In this document: positions 46,806 to 55,328 of the stretch, one piece after another
Layout of the letters: each line of letters opens with the position of its first letter
Numbering within the stretch: position 1 is the first letter of the stretch
NCBI GenBank assembly: GCA_963842085.1
Contig: CAWJET010000002.1
Coordinates: 96,001 to 160,000, forward strand
DNA length: 64,000 nt
Direction of reading: 5' to 3'
Origin: an uncultured delta proteobacterium
Lineage (GTDB): Bacteria; Desulfobacterota; Binatia; Binatales; Binataceae
Program-made: the position numbers and the translations under genes
The notes under the pieces: generated by a model
Databases searched by the model: none
The model's input: only the letters and a program-made list of their open reading frames with translations
Told to the model about the DNA's origin: nothing

Positions 46806-47996
46806 ATGCCCACGCAAGGTCATTTTGCTGATAGTCCACGCGAAGTAGGTCTCGATCCCGCGAAAGTCGAGGCACTTTTCAATCGCGCCGAACGCGAAAT
46901 CAAAGACGGGCTGCTGCCATCGAGCCAAATCGCGATTGCCCGCAATGGGAAGATCGGCGCGATGCGCACAGTTGGACGCGCAGTCCAGGGTGGAAGTGAA
47001 AGGCCCGCGACCAACGACACGCTCTACGTGATCTTCTCGTGCACCAAGGCGATCATGTCGGCGGCGTCGTGGATTCTGATCGGCGAGGGCAAGCTGAGTC
47101 CGAACGAGCGCGTCGCGGAGATCATTCCCGAGTTCGGCACCAACGGTAAGGATAAGATTACTGTCGAGCAGATCCTGCTGCACGTTGGAGGATTCCCGAA
47201 CGCGCCATATGCGCAGGACGATTGGCTGGACAAGCGCAAGCGGCTCGAGCGATTCGCGAAGTGGCGGTTGGAATGGCCGGTAGGCAGCAAGTACGAATAC
47301 CATCCAACCTCGGGCTTCTGGGTAATCGCGGAGATAATCGAGCGCCGCACTGGCAAGGACTTCCGTCAGTTCGTGCACGAACGGATTTCGACGCCGCTCG
47401 GACTGCCGGAACTGCGGGTCGGGTTGCCGCGCGAACATCAACAACGCGTCGCGCAGCTTTGCTATGTCGGGGAGCCGCTGTCGGACGAAGAGCGAAAGAA
47501 ACTCGGCCTGCCGGCGATGCCTGAAACCGAAGTTACCGAAGAAGCGATCCTCGGCTTCAACCGGCCCAACGTGTTGGAAGCTGGCGTTCCGGGCGGCGGC
47601 GGCGTGATGACGGCGGGCGACCTGGCGCTGTTCTACCAGGGCTTGCTGCACAATCGCGGCATCAACGGCGCGCCGATCATCCAGCCCGAGGCGCTCAAGG
47701 ATGCGCTGCGGGTGCGCTCGGGCGACTACAAGGATCCGATTTTCGGCATCAAGGTGAATCGCGCGCTGGGCGTCGTCGTGGCTGGAGGCGACGGGCTCGC
47801 GAACTATCGCGGCTTCGGCAAAACGAACTCGGCGCTGGCATTCGGTCACGGCGGCGCTGGCGGACAGATCGGATGGGCCGATCCGGCGACGGGAATTTCG
47901 CTCGGCTACACAACCAACGGCTTCGATCGCAACGACGTGCGCTTGGGCCGTCGCGGCGTCGGGATCTCAAGCCTCGCAGCAGTCTGCGCAGGGTAG
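46806..47996 (+). CDS. serine hydrolase, beta-lactamase family
   Basis: SCTK motif, YEYH, FGHGGAGG, WADP. Confidence 0.9.
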   Translation: MPTQGHFADSPREVGLDPAKVEALFNRAEREIKDGLLPSSQIAIARNGKIGAMRTVGRAVQGGSERPATNDTLYVIFSCTKAIMSAASWILIGEGKLSPNERVAEIIPEFGTNGKDKITVEQILLHVGGFPNAPYAQDDWLDKRKRLERFAKWRLEWPVGSKYEYHPTSGFWVIAEIIERRTGKDFRQFVHERISTPLGLPELRVGLPREHQQRVAQLCYVGEPLSDEERKKLGLPAMPETEVTEEAILGFNRPNVLEAGVPGGGGVMTAGDLALFYQGLLHNRGINGAPIIQPEALKDALRVRSGDYKDPIFGIKVNRALGVVVAGGDGLANYRGFGKTNSALAFGHGGAGGQIGWADPATGISLGYTTNGFDRNDVRLGRRGVGISSLAAVCAG

Positions 47997-48011
47997 GACG
48001 CACGCATCGAG

Positions 48012-49307
48012 CTAGTCGGCGAACGGGTTGCGCACCACGATGGTTGCTTCGCGCTCCTTGCCGACGCCGACCATCGCAATTGGCACTCCCGCCAGCTCGC
48101 TGATTCTTTCGATGTAGCGGCGCACGCTCGAAGGCAATTCGGCGAGGGTGCGCGCGCCGGCCGGACTCTCGCTCCATCCCGGCATCTCTTCGAAGATCGG
48201 CTTGGCGTTGATCAGCATCCGATGCGACGGCGGCATGTCGTCGTAGCGCTTCCCCTTTACAACGTAGCCGACGCAAATCTTCACAGGGTCGATTCCGGTC
48301 AGAACGTCGAGTTTGGTTAGCGCGAGCGCCCACATCCCGTTGACGCGAGCGGTGTAGCGGGCGAGCACCGCGTCGAACCATCCGATCCGCCGCGGACGTC
48401 CCGTGGCGCTGCCGAACTCGTCGCCCTCTTCGCGCAGTGAATCTGCCAGATAGCCGGTGAACTCGCTCGGGAGGGGGCCGGCGCCGACTCGCGTCGTGTA
48501 GCCCTTGCTGATGCCGAGCACCGCGTCGAGGTTGCCCGGCCCGATGCCGGTGCCGCTGAAGACTGCGCTCGCGACGCAACTCGAGGAGGTCACATAGGGG
48601 TAGGTGCCGTGGTCGATGTCGAGCATGGTGCCGTGCGCGCCTTCGAACAGGACGCGTTTGCCGGAATCGATCGCGTCGCTAACGAACGCGCCCGTGTCGC
48701 ACAGATATGGGAGCAGCCGGCGCCGCGCTTTTTTCATCGCCTCGATCGTTTCGTCGGCCTTGATCGGCTTGGTCTTTAGCAATGCTTTCAAATAGGCGTT
48801 CTTCTCGACAATGTTGCGGCGGAGCTTCTCGGTGAAGAATTTGAAGTCGAGCAAATCTTCGAAGCGCAATCCCACCCGCGCCATCTTGTCTTCGTAGGCC
48901 GGCCCGATGCCGAATCCGGTCGTGCCGATTGCGCGCTTGCCCAGGCGTGCCTCGCGAGCGCGATCGATCGCGAGATGATAGGGCATCACCAGGTGCGCTT
49001 CGTAGCTGATCTTGAACAGACTATCGTCGGCCAGATGGCCGCTGCGCTTGAGATCCGCGATCTCGGCCAGCAGCGCGATTGGATTGACGACCAGGCCGTT
49101 ACCGATTACGCAGGCCTTGCCGGGATGGAGCGCACCGGCCGGCACCAGCCGCAGCACGAACTTCTTGCCGCCGACCACCAGCGTGTGAGCCGCGTTATTT
49201 CCGCCCTGGAAGCGGACGACCGCGTCGGCGTCGGCCGCGAGCATATCGACGATTTTGCCTTTGCCCTCATCGCCCCACTGCGTGCCGACCACGGCAACTG
49301 TCTTCAT
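48012..49307 (-). CDS. purA: adenylosuccinate synthetase
   Basis: GTQWGDEGKGK, FQGGNNAAHT, HGTYPYVTSS, TGRPRRIGWFD, TKLDVL. Confidence 0.97.
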   Translation of the reverse strand: MKTVAVVGTQWGDEGKGKIVDMLAADADAVVRFQGGNNAAHTLVVGGKKFVLRLVPAGALHPGKACVIGNGLVVNPIALLAEIADLKRSGHLADDSLFKISYEAHLVMPYHLAIDRAREARLGKRAIGTTGFGIGPAYEDKMARVGLRFEDLLDFKFFTEKLRRNIVEKNAYLKALLKTKPIKADETIEAMKKARRRLLPYLCDTGAFVSDAIDSGKRVLFEGAHGTMLDIDHGTYPYVTSSSCVASAVFSGTGIGPGNLDAVLGISKGYTTRVGAGPLPSEFTGYLADSLREEGDEFGSATGRPRRIGWFDAVLARYTARVNGMWALALTKLDVLTGIDPVKICVGYVVKGKRYDDMPPSHRMLINAKPIFEEMPGWSESPAGARTLAELPSSVRRYIERISELAGVPIAMVGVGKEREATIVVRNPFAD

Positions 49308-49387
49308 GTCTTTTCCCCGGCTGGCGTCAATTTCGCCGGCCTCCGCGCGCACCTGTCGGGCTCAAATTTTCTAGGCGCAAATTAAGT

Positions 49388-50983
49388 TCAGAGCTTGAGC
49401 AGCGACGCCGCCGTAATTGCGGGAATCGTCTTGAGCTTATCCAGGACGGCGCCCGGAACGGGCTCATCCACTTCGAAGATGCTGAGCGCGGTTCCGCCCA
49501 CGCGATCGCGGCCGAGTTCCAGCCCACCGATATTTATTCCAGCCTGCCCGAGCATCGTGCCCACCGCGCCGACCACCCCGGGAACGTCGCGATTATGCAG
49601 CATGAGGAAGAAGCCCTCGGGCACCGCCTCGACGCGGTAGCCGTCGATGCGGGTGAGGCGCAGCGCGCGATTTCCCAGCACGGCGCCAGAGACTTCATGC
49701 TCACCGGCGCCGGTACGAACCCTGAGCGTCAAGGTGTTGACGTAGTCGGTGACTTCGCGGGAGCGCGTTTCGACAATGCTGATCCCGCGTTCGCGCGCGA
49801 TGAACGGCGCGTTGACGTAGTTCAAATCCTCGTCGAGGAAGCCGCTCATCAATCCCTTCAGAACCGCGGCGGTAATGGCGTCGGGCTTGAGATTCGCGGC
49901 TTCGCCGCCGAACGCGAGCGTCAGCTGGGTGGGCGCGTCGGTGATCAGTTGCGCGGCGAGTCTGCCCAGCTTTTCGCCGAGCGTCAAATGAGGTCCGAGT
50001 ATTTCGAGCTCCTTGGTGGACAGCGCCGGGATGTTGACCGCCTGCCTAATCGTGCCGTCGATCAAAAACTCGGCGACCTGATGCGCGATATCGACTGAGA
50101 CCTGGACTTGCGCCTCGTCGGTGGCGGCGCCGAGGTGCGGAGTGACGATCACGTTGTCGAACTGGAGCAGCGGATGGTTGGCGGGCGGCGGCTCCTCGAC
50201 GAACACGTCGAGCGCGGCGCCGGCGACCTTGCCGGATTTCAGCGCCTCGACCAGCGCGGCTTCATCGACTATTCCGCCGCGCGCGCAGTTGATGATTCGC
50301 ACGCCCTTCTTCATTTTCGCGAACGCCGCGGCGCCAACCAGTCCCTTCGTGTCGTCGGTCAGCGGGGTATGGACGGTGATGAAATCGGCGCGTGAAAAGA
50401 GTTCGTCGAGGCTGACCAGCTGAACGCCGATCCGCCCGGCAGCCTCCGCCGTCAGGATCGGATCGTAGCCGATCACTTTCATCTTGAGCCCAAGAGCGCG
50501 GTCGGCGACGATCCGGCCGATATTGCCGAGGCCGACCACGCCAAGTGTTTTGTTGCATATCTCGGCGCCGGTGAATTTGCCGCGCTCCCATTTGCCGGCC
50601 CGGATCGAGGCGTTGGCGGCCGGAATGTGCCGCGCCAGCGCCATCATCATGGTGACTGCGTGCTCGGCGGTCGTGACGCTGTTGCCGGTCGGACTGTTCA
50701 TCACGACGATTCCGCGGCGTGTAGCCGCTTCGATGTCGACGTTGTCCACCCCGACGCCGGCGCGCCCGATCACTTTGAGCGACGTGGCCGCGTCGATCAC
50801 TTCGCGGGTGACCTTGGTGCCGCTGCGGATCAGCAGCGCGTCGTAGGGCGCGATTATTTTCGCCAGCTCGTCGGGCTTGAGTCCGGTTTTGACGTCGAAC
50901 TGGATCTGCGGGAAGCGCTTGAGGACTTCGATCCCCTGCGCCGCCAGCGAGTCGCTTAGAAGGACGCGGAAAGTTTCCGCCAT
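49388..50983 (-). CDS. serA: D-3-phosphoglycerate dehydrogenase
   Basis: GRAGVGVDN, GLGNIG, NCARGG, TPHLGA, C-terminal ACT domain. Confidence 0.96.
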   Translation of the reverse strand: MAETFRVLLSDSLAAQGIEVLKRFPQIQFDVKTGLKPDELAKIIAPYDALLIRSGTKVTREVIDAATSLKVIGRAGVGVDNVDIEAATRRGIVVMNSPTGNSVTTAEHAVTMMMALARHIPAANASIRAGKWERGKFTGAEICNKTLGVVGLGNIGRIVADRALGLKMKVIGYDPILTAEAAGRIGVQLVSLDELFSRADFITVHTPLTDDTKGLVGAAAFAKMKKGVRIINCARGGIVDEAALVEALKSGKVAGAALDVFVEEPPPANHPLLQFDNVIVTPHLGAATDEAQVQVSVDIAHQVAEFLIDGTIRQAVNIPALSTKELEILGPHLTLGEKLGRLAAQLITDAPTQLTLAFGGEAANLKPDAITAAVLKGLMSGFLDEDLNYVNAPFIARERGISIVETRSREVTDYVNTLTLRVRTGAGEHEVSGAVLGNRALRLTRIDGYRVEAVPEGFFLMLHNRDVPGVVGAVGTMLGQAGINIGGLELGRDRVGGTALSIFEVDEPVPGAVLDKLKTIPAITAASLLKL

Positions 50984-50990
50984 GTTGCTT

Positions 50991-52133
50991 TCAGATGCTC
51001 CGTGCCAGGCGTGCCTGAACCGCGGCCACGCCGGCGCCAAGTTGAATGTTTGCGCCGATCTGCTTGAGTCCCATCTCGAGCGCGCCGACCGCGATCAGCG
51101 TGTCGAACGGGCTCAGATGACCCATGTGTCCGATGCGCACGAGCTTGCCCTTCATCTGATCCTGGCCGCCCTGCACCGACACGCCCAGGCTGTCGCGCAG
51201 GAACTTGACCAGTTTGCCGCCGTCGAGACCTTCGGGCATCAGGATTCCGGTGACGCCGGGAGCGGGGTTGTCCGGCGACAGCAGCTTCAGCCCAAGCGCA
51301 GCGGCAGCGTCGCGAGTCGCCTCTGCCATCAGCGCGTGACGCGCGTAAACCTGCGGCAGGCCTTCAGCGTGAATCAGTTCGAGCGATTTGTTGAGGCCGA
51401 AGATCAGCGAAACGGCCGCGGTCCATGCGGTGGTATGCTCGTCGCGCTGCGCCTTCAATTCTTTGAGCAAATCAAAATAGAAGCGTGGCGTCTTGTTCTT
51501 CTGCGCGACCTCGATCGCGCGCGCCGACAGCGCGACCATTCCGAGTCCCGGCGGCAGCATGAGCGCCTTCTGGCTGCCCGTGACGAACGCGTCAACGCCC
51601 CATTCGTCCATCTTCTGTTCGAACACGCCGACCGACGTGATTCCATCCACGATCAGCATCGCGCCGCGCTTGCGACTGACCTCGCCGATCGCGGCCACCG
51701 GATGCACCGCGCAGGTGGACGTTTCGCTGGCCTGCACCAGCACGGCGCGCGACTCGGGATACGCCTTGAACGCATCCTCGATTTGCCCCGGCCGCGCGGC
51801 GCGGCCCCATTCGACGCGCACCTCGTGCCCAATCATGCCGAAGGCCGCGAGCAACTTGCCCCAGCGCTCGCCGAACTTGCCGCCGTTGACGTAAATCGCA
51901 TGCTCGCCCGGCTGCAGCAGGTTGATCACCGCCGCTTCCATCGCCCCGGTGCCGGTTGAGGCGAGCAGGATTACCTCGCTCGAGGTGCCATAGAGCGGCT
52001 TCATCCGATCGCGCGCTTGATCGAGAGCGGCGCTGAACTCGGGCGTGCGATGGTGAATGATCGGACGCGCCATCTCGAGCAAGACCTCGGGCGGCACCGG
52101 CGCCGGCCCGGGCGTGAACAGGTATTTCTTCAT
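50991..52133 (-). CDS. class V aminotransferase (serine-pyruvate/phosphoserine-type)
   Basis: LFTPGP, HHRT, TGTGAME, ETST, GSQKALMLPPGL, RIGHMG; upstream of serA. Confidence 0.92.
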   Translation of the reverse strand: MKKYLFTPGPAPVPPEVLLEMARPIIHHRTPEFSAALDQARDRMKPLYGTSSEVILLASTGTGAMEAAVINLLQPGEHAIYVNGGKFGERWGKLLAAFGMIGHEVRVEWGRAARPGQIEDAFKAYPESRAVLVQASETSTCAVHPVAAIGEVSRKRGAMLIVDGITSVGVFEQKMDEWGVDAFVTGSQKALMLPPGLGMVALSARAIEVAQKNKTPRFYFDLLKELKAQRDEHTTAWTAAVSLIFGLNKSLELIHAEGLPQVYARHALMAEATRDAAAALGLKLLSPDNPAPGVTGILMPEGLDGGKLVKFLRDSLGVSVQGGQDQMKGKLVRIGHMGHLSPFDTLIAVGALEMGLKQIGANIQLGAGVAAVQARLARSI

Positions 52134-52382
52134 TTGCGGCATTTTTGACTATTCAATTTTTCACTGGGACACGGGCGATTTGCGCTGACAGCCAAAAAAA
52201 AGGCTGGTACCCGCGGATGCGGATTGCCAGGCCCCGATGTGTCCCGGCGTTGCCGGGCCCCCGTCCTCACCACTTGGGATAACGGAGCCGATAGGCAGAG
52301 TCAAGTTGACCCGCGGCGCGCGACAATTTTCAGCCGACGTTGTAATGGCGCTGTGGCAATTGTTAAAGGTGATCACGTTCCG

Positions 52383-53420
52383 ATGCCGATAGAATGCGAA
52401 ATCCGCGACGGTTCCCTGGTCTGGATCAAAAATCCGATCACCGGGGTGATTTCATACGTTGTCGATGTTCGCGGCAAGAGCTTCGCGTTCACGCTCGGCG
52501 GCCGCGAAAGCGGCGATCCCGAGGCTCGGCACCTGAGCGCCGAGGCGATTCATCAGGCGACCGAGTTGTGTCCCTTCTGTCCGGGCAACGAGAATCTTAC
52601 GACGCGCGAGGTCTTTCGGCTTACACGCGCCGAAATGCCCGAATGGACCGGCGCGAGGACGGCCGATGGCGCGGATTGGGTCGTGCGCGTCATCAACAAC
52701 CTTTTCCCGCGAATTCCCGGTGAGCTTACTGGAAATCGCAACGAGTCGTACATCGTGGTCGAGGATCCGCGTCATTTTATCGATGCGCCCCGATCGCAGG
52801 CCGATTTGATGTTTACCGGCGCGCTGGGCGGCGCTCATTTCCTGCACTTGATCCAGGCCGATGCGCGCGTGATGCGGCTGGCGTTGCAGAATCCGGACGT
52901 GTGCTCGGTCGTGATCCGCAAGAACCAGGGGCGTGAGTCGGGCGCCTCGCAGCCGCATTTGCATCAGCAGATCATCGCGGCGCCGGAGCCGTTTCCGGTG
53001 GTACTCGCAGAGGCGCGCGCCGAGCGCGAGAATCCTCACCTGTGGCACGAGCTGGTCGCGCTGATGGAGCGGCTCAAGCTGGTGATCGATCGCGGTGACT
53101 CGGTGGTCAGCTATGCGAGCCCGATCGGCTTGTTCCCGCGCAGCTACGACGTCGTGATGCCAAACCATCGGGGACTGCTATCGGAGCTGGCGCCTGAGCA
53201 GATGCGGCATTTCGCAAATGCGATCTATCGCATCCTGATGATCCTCGGGCCATTGCCGCTCGACTATGAAATTCACCAGGGCGAGGGGCTGCCGCTGCAC
53301 GCGCATCTCAACGCGCGGCTGTACCCATATTCAAATGTCGCGGGAACGTTGAACTTGCCGAGCACGTTGCTGCAGAGCGCCGCCGCGATCCGCAACGCAC
53401 TGGGCCGGCATTCGGAGTGA
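52383..53420 (+). CDS. GalT/HIT-like nucleotidyltransferase
   Basis: CPFCPGNE, RVINNLFP, GASQPHLHQQ. Confidence 0.75.
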   Translation: MPIECEIRDGSLVWIKNPITGVISYVVDVRGKSFAFTLGGRESGDPEARHLSAEAIHQATELCPFCPGNENLTTREVFRLTRAEMPEWTGARTADGADWVVRVINNLFPRIPGELTGNRNESYIVVEDPRHFIDAPRSQADLMFTGALGGAHFLHLIQADARVMRLALQNPDVCSVVIRKNQGRESGASQPHLHQQIIAAPEPFPVVLAEARAERENPHLWHELVALMERLKLVIDRGDSVVSYASPIGLFPRSYDVVMPNHRGLLSELAPEQMRHFANAIYRILMILGPLPLDYEIHQGEGLPLHAHLNARLYPYSNVAGTLNLPSTLLQSAAAIRNALGRHSE

Positions 53421-53441
53421 TCGCGCGGCGTTGGACCGGAG

Positions 53442-53628
53442 CAGAATCCTGAGTCGCGCGCGAAAGAATCGCGCGCTGAATAAGGACCCTCACCTTGATC
53501 CTCTCCCTGACAGGGAGAGGGGAAGAAAGCAGCGGCGCTCTTTAGTTTGTCATCCTGACGGAGCGAGCGACGCGAGCGGAAGGAAGGATCTCGGACAGCT
53601 TCGGGCCAGCGAAGCCGGTACCGGTTCC
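53442..53628. repeat. mosaic of family A (53442-53525) and family C (53549-53628) repeats
   Basis: Between convergent genes; matches 182-266 and 1181-1260. Confidence 0.85.
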
Positions 53629-53637
53629 CAATCGGCG

Positions 53638-54408
53638 CTACTGCGCCTTCCACACCGGCTTGCGCTTTTCCAGGAACGCGCGCACGCCTTCCTTGGCGTC
53701 GCTGCTCTCGCGCACGGAGCGCGCCATCTGCAGCATGTCGTCGTGCCACGCGTCGAACGTCTCGCTCATGCATCGGCGCACCGTCGCCTTCATCGCGCGC
53801 AGAGAGAGCGGGGCGTTGGCGGCGATCTTCTCGGCCAGCGCGGTCGTCGCCTCGCCGAGCTTCGCGTCGGCGACGACGTCATGAACGATATTCATGTGGC
53901 GGCTGCGCTCGGCGTCGAGCAGGTCCGCGGTGTAGAGAATCCAGGCGGTGTTGGCGGAGCCGCAAACCTCGATCAGCTTGCGCGTGAAATCGTACGGCAC
54001 CATCAAGCCGACGCGTCCGAGCGTCATCCCAAGTTTCGCATTGTCCGAGGCGATTCGAAGGTCGCAATGGAGCGCCAGTTCGAGTCCGCCGGCGAGCGCG
54101 GCGCCCTGGATAGCCGCGATGGTCGGCACGGGAAAGCGCTCCAATCGCCCGAAGACAGACTCGAGCGAAGTCGGGTTGTGACCGCCGGCCGCCTCGTCCA
54201 CTTCTTTCAGATCGATCCCCGCGCAAAAGCTCCCGCCTTCGCCGCGGATGAGCAGCGCGCGGATCTCGCGGTCACTCTCGAACTTGCGGAGTGCCTGGTC
54301 GAGCGCCTCGATCAACGGCTGATTGAGGGCGTTGCGCTTCTCGGGACGATTGAGCGTCAGCACCGCGTAGTTCGGCTGGCGTGTGACTTTGAGAACTTCC
54401 TCGGCCAT
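53638..54408 (-). CDS. enoyl-CoA hydratase/isomerase
   Basis: LNRPEKRNAL, FCAGIDL, AGGLELALHCD, EGVRAFLEKR. Confidence 0.93.
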   Translation of the reverse strand: MAEEVLKVTRQPNYAVLTLNRPEKRNALNQPLIEALDQALRKFESDREIRALLIRGEGGSFCAGIDLKEVDEAAGGHNPTSLESVFGRLERFPVPTIAAIQGAALAGGLELALHCDLRIASDNAKLGMTLGRVGLMVPYDFTRKLIEVCGSANTAWILYTADLLDAERSRHMNIVHDVVADAKLGEATTALAEKIAANAPLSLRAMKATVRRCMSETFDAWHDDMLQMARSVRESSDAKEGVRAFLEKRKPVWKAQ

Positions 54409-54576
54409 GTCGTTCGCTCCTCGTTTGTCAGAATGCGTGTATCCGGGACGGAGCATCGCACGGGCCGCGCTCGTCCATCAAGGTTCCGCGCGCTCAGGGT
54501 CTCGGTACAATCCTGTTTATGCCCGTTCGGTGTTGATGTAGGCTGAGTCCATTGAGCACACGGAAGGGAGTTCTTC

Positions 54577-54825
54577 ATGCAGAATCGCTTCAACGTTCAA
54601 GTGACTTGGGATTCAGATGCTGAGATGTGGGTGGCAGACAGCGACGATATTCCTGGTTTAGCCGCGGAAGCTCCCGATGACAAGGCGCTTTGGAGGAAAC
54701 TCGAAACCCTGATTCCCGAGCTGCTTATTCTCAATCGCGTTCGCCTGAAGCCCAAGAAGGATATTGAGATCGTGCTCAGGTTCCATCCTCGGAAGGCGCG
54801 AATTCAGTCACCGAAAGCTGCGTAA
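54577..54825 (+). CDS. DUF1902/HicB-like antitoxin
   Basis: WDSDAEMWVADSDDIPGLAAEA...LIPELLILN; upstream of hicA. Confidence 0.85.
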   Translation: MQNRFNVQVTWDSDAEMWVADSDDIPGLAAEAPDDKALWRKLETLIPELLILNRVRLKPKKDIEIVLRFHPRKARIQSPKAA

Positions 54826-55023
54826 ATGTCCAGCTACACGCCGCGCCTTAAGAAAATTCTTAAGCGTCACGGTTGTAGATACGATAGGCCGGGGAAAGGT
54901 GACCATGAAATCTGGTACAGCCCTATCAATGGTCACAAGTTTCCCGTCGATTCCAAAATCCGCTCGCGCGATATGGCAAATGTCGTCCTCAAGCAGGCTG
55001 GCATAAAAGAGCGGCTCGATTGA
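54826..55023 (+). CDS. hicA: HicA-family toxin
   Basis: GKGDHEIWYSP...ANVVLKQAGI. Confidence 0.88.
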   Translation: MSSYTPRLKKILKRHGCRYDRPGKGDHEIWYSPINGHKFPVDSKIRSRDMANVVLKQAGIKERLD

Positions 55024-55136
55024 ATTTTGGTTTCCTGAGCCACTGCAACACGTCCGTCGCGCGTCCTTCAAGTGGCGCAGCGAATTCGCGTTTAATCGCG
55101 AATAACCACTGTGGTTGCTGGGGTTTTAGACGCGAA

Positions 55137-55152
55137 TGTTTCACGTGAAACG
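55137..55152. promoter_or_regulatory. parS site
   Basis: TGTTTCACGTGAAACG, 15/16 match to consensus TGTTTCACGTGAAACA. Confidence 0.85.
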
Positions 55153-55202
55153 TTCGCCTTTTACAGGAAAGCGCCCCCAATTGCTGGCGTTTAAAGCGAA
55201 AA

Positions 55203-55218
55203 TGTTTCACGTGAAACG
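55203..55218. promoter_or_regulatory. parS site
   Basis: Second TGTTTCACGTGAAACG, 66 bp downstream. Confidence 0.85.
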
Positions 55219-55328
55219 TTTTGTTGGGGCAATAGAGTTCAGGAGAAAGGAACGCGAAACAATTTGTTAACAAGGAGGTCCGGTCACTCTCGCGCTTTCG
55301 TCCTTCACGGTTCGTGGCGAGCGACACG

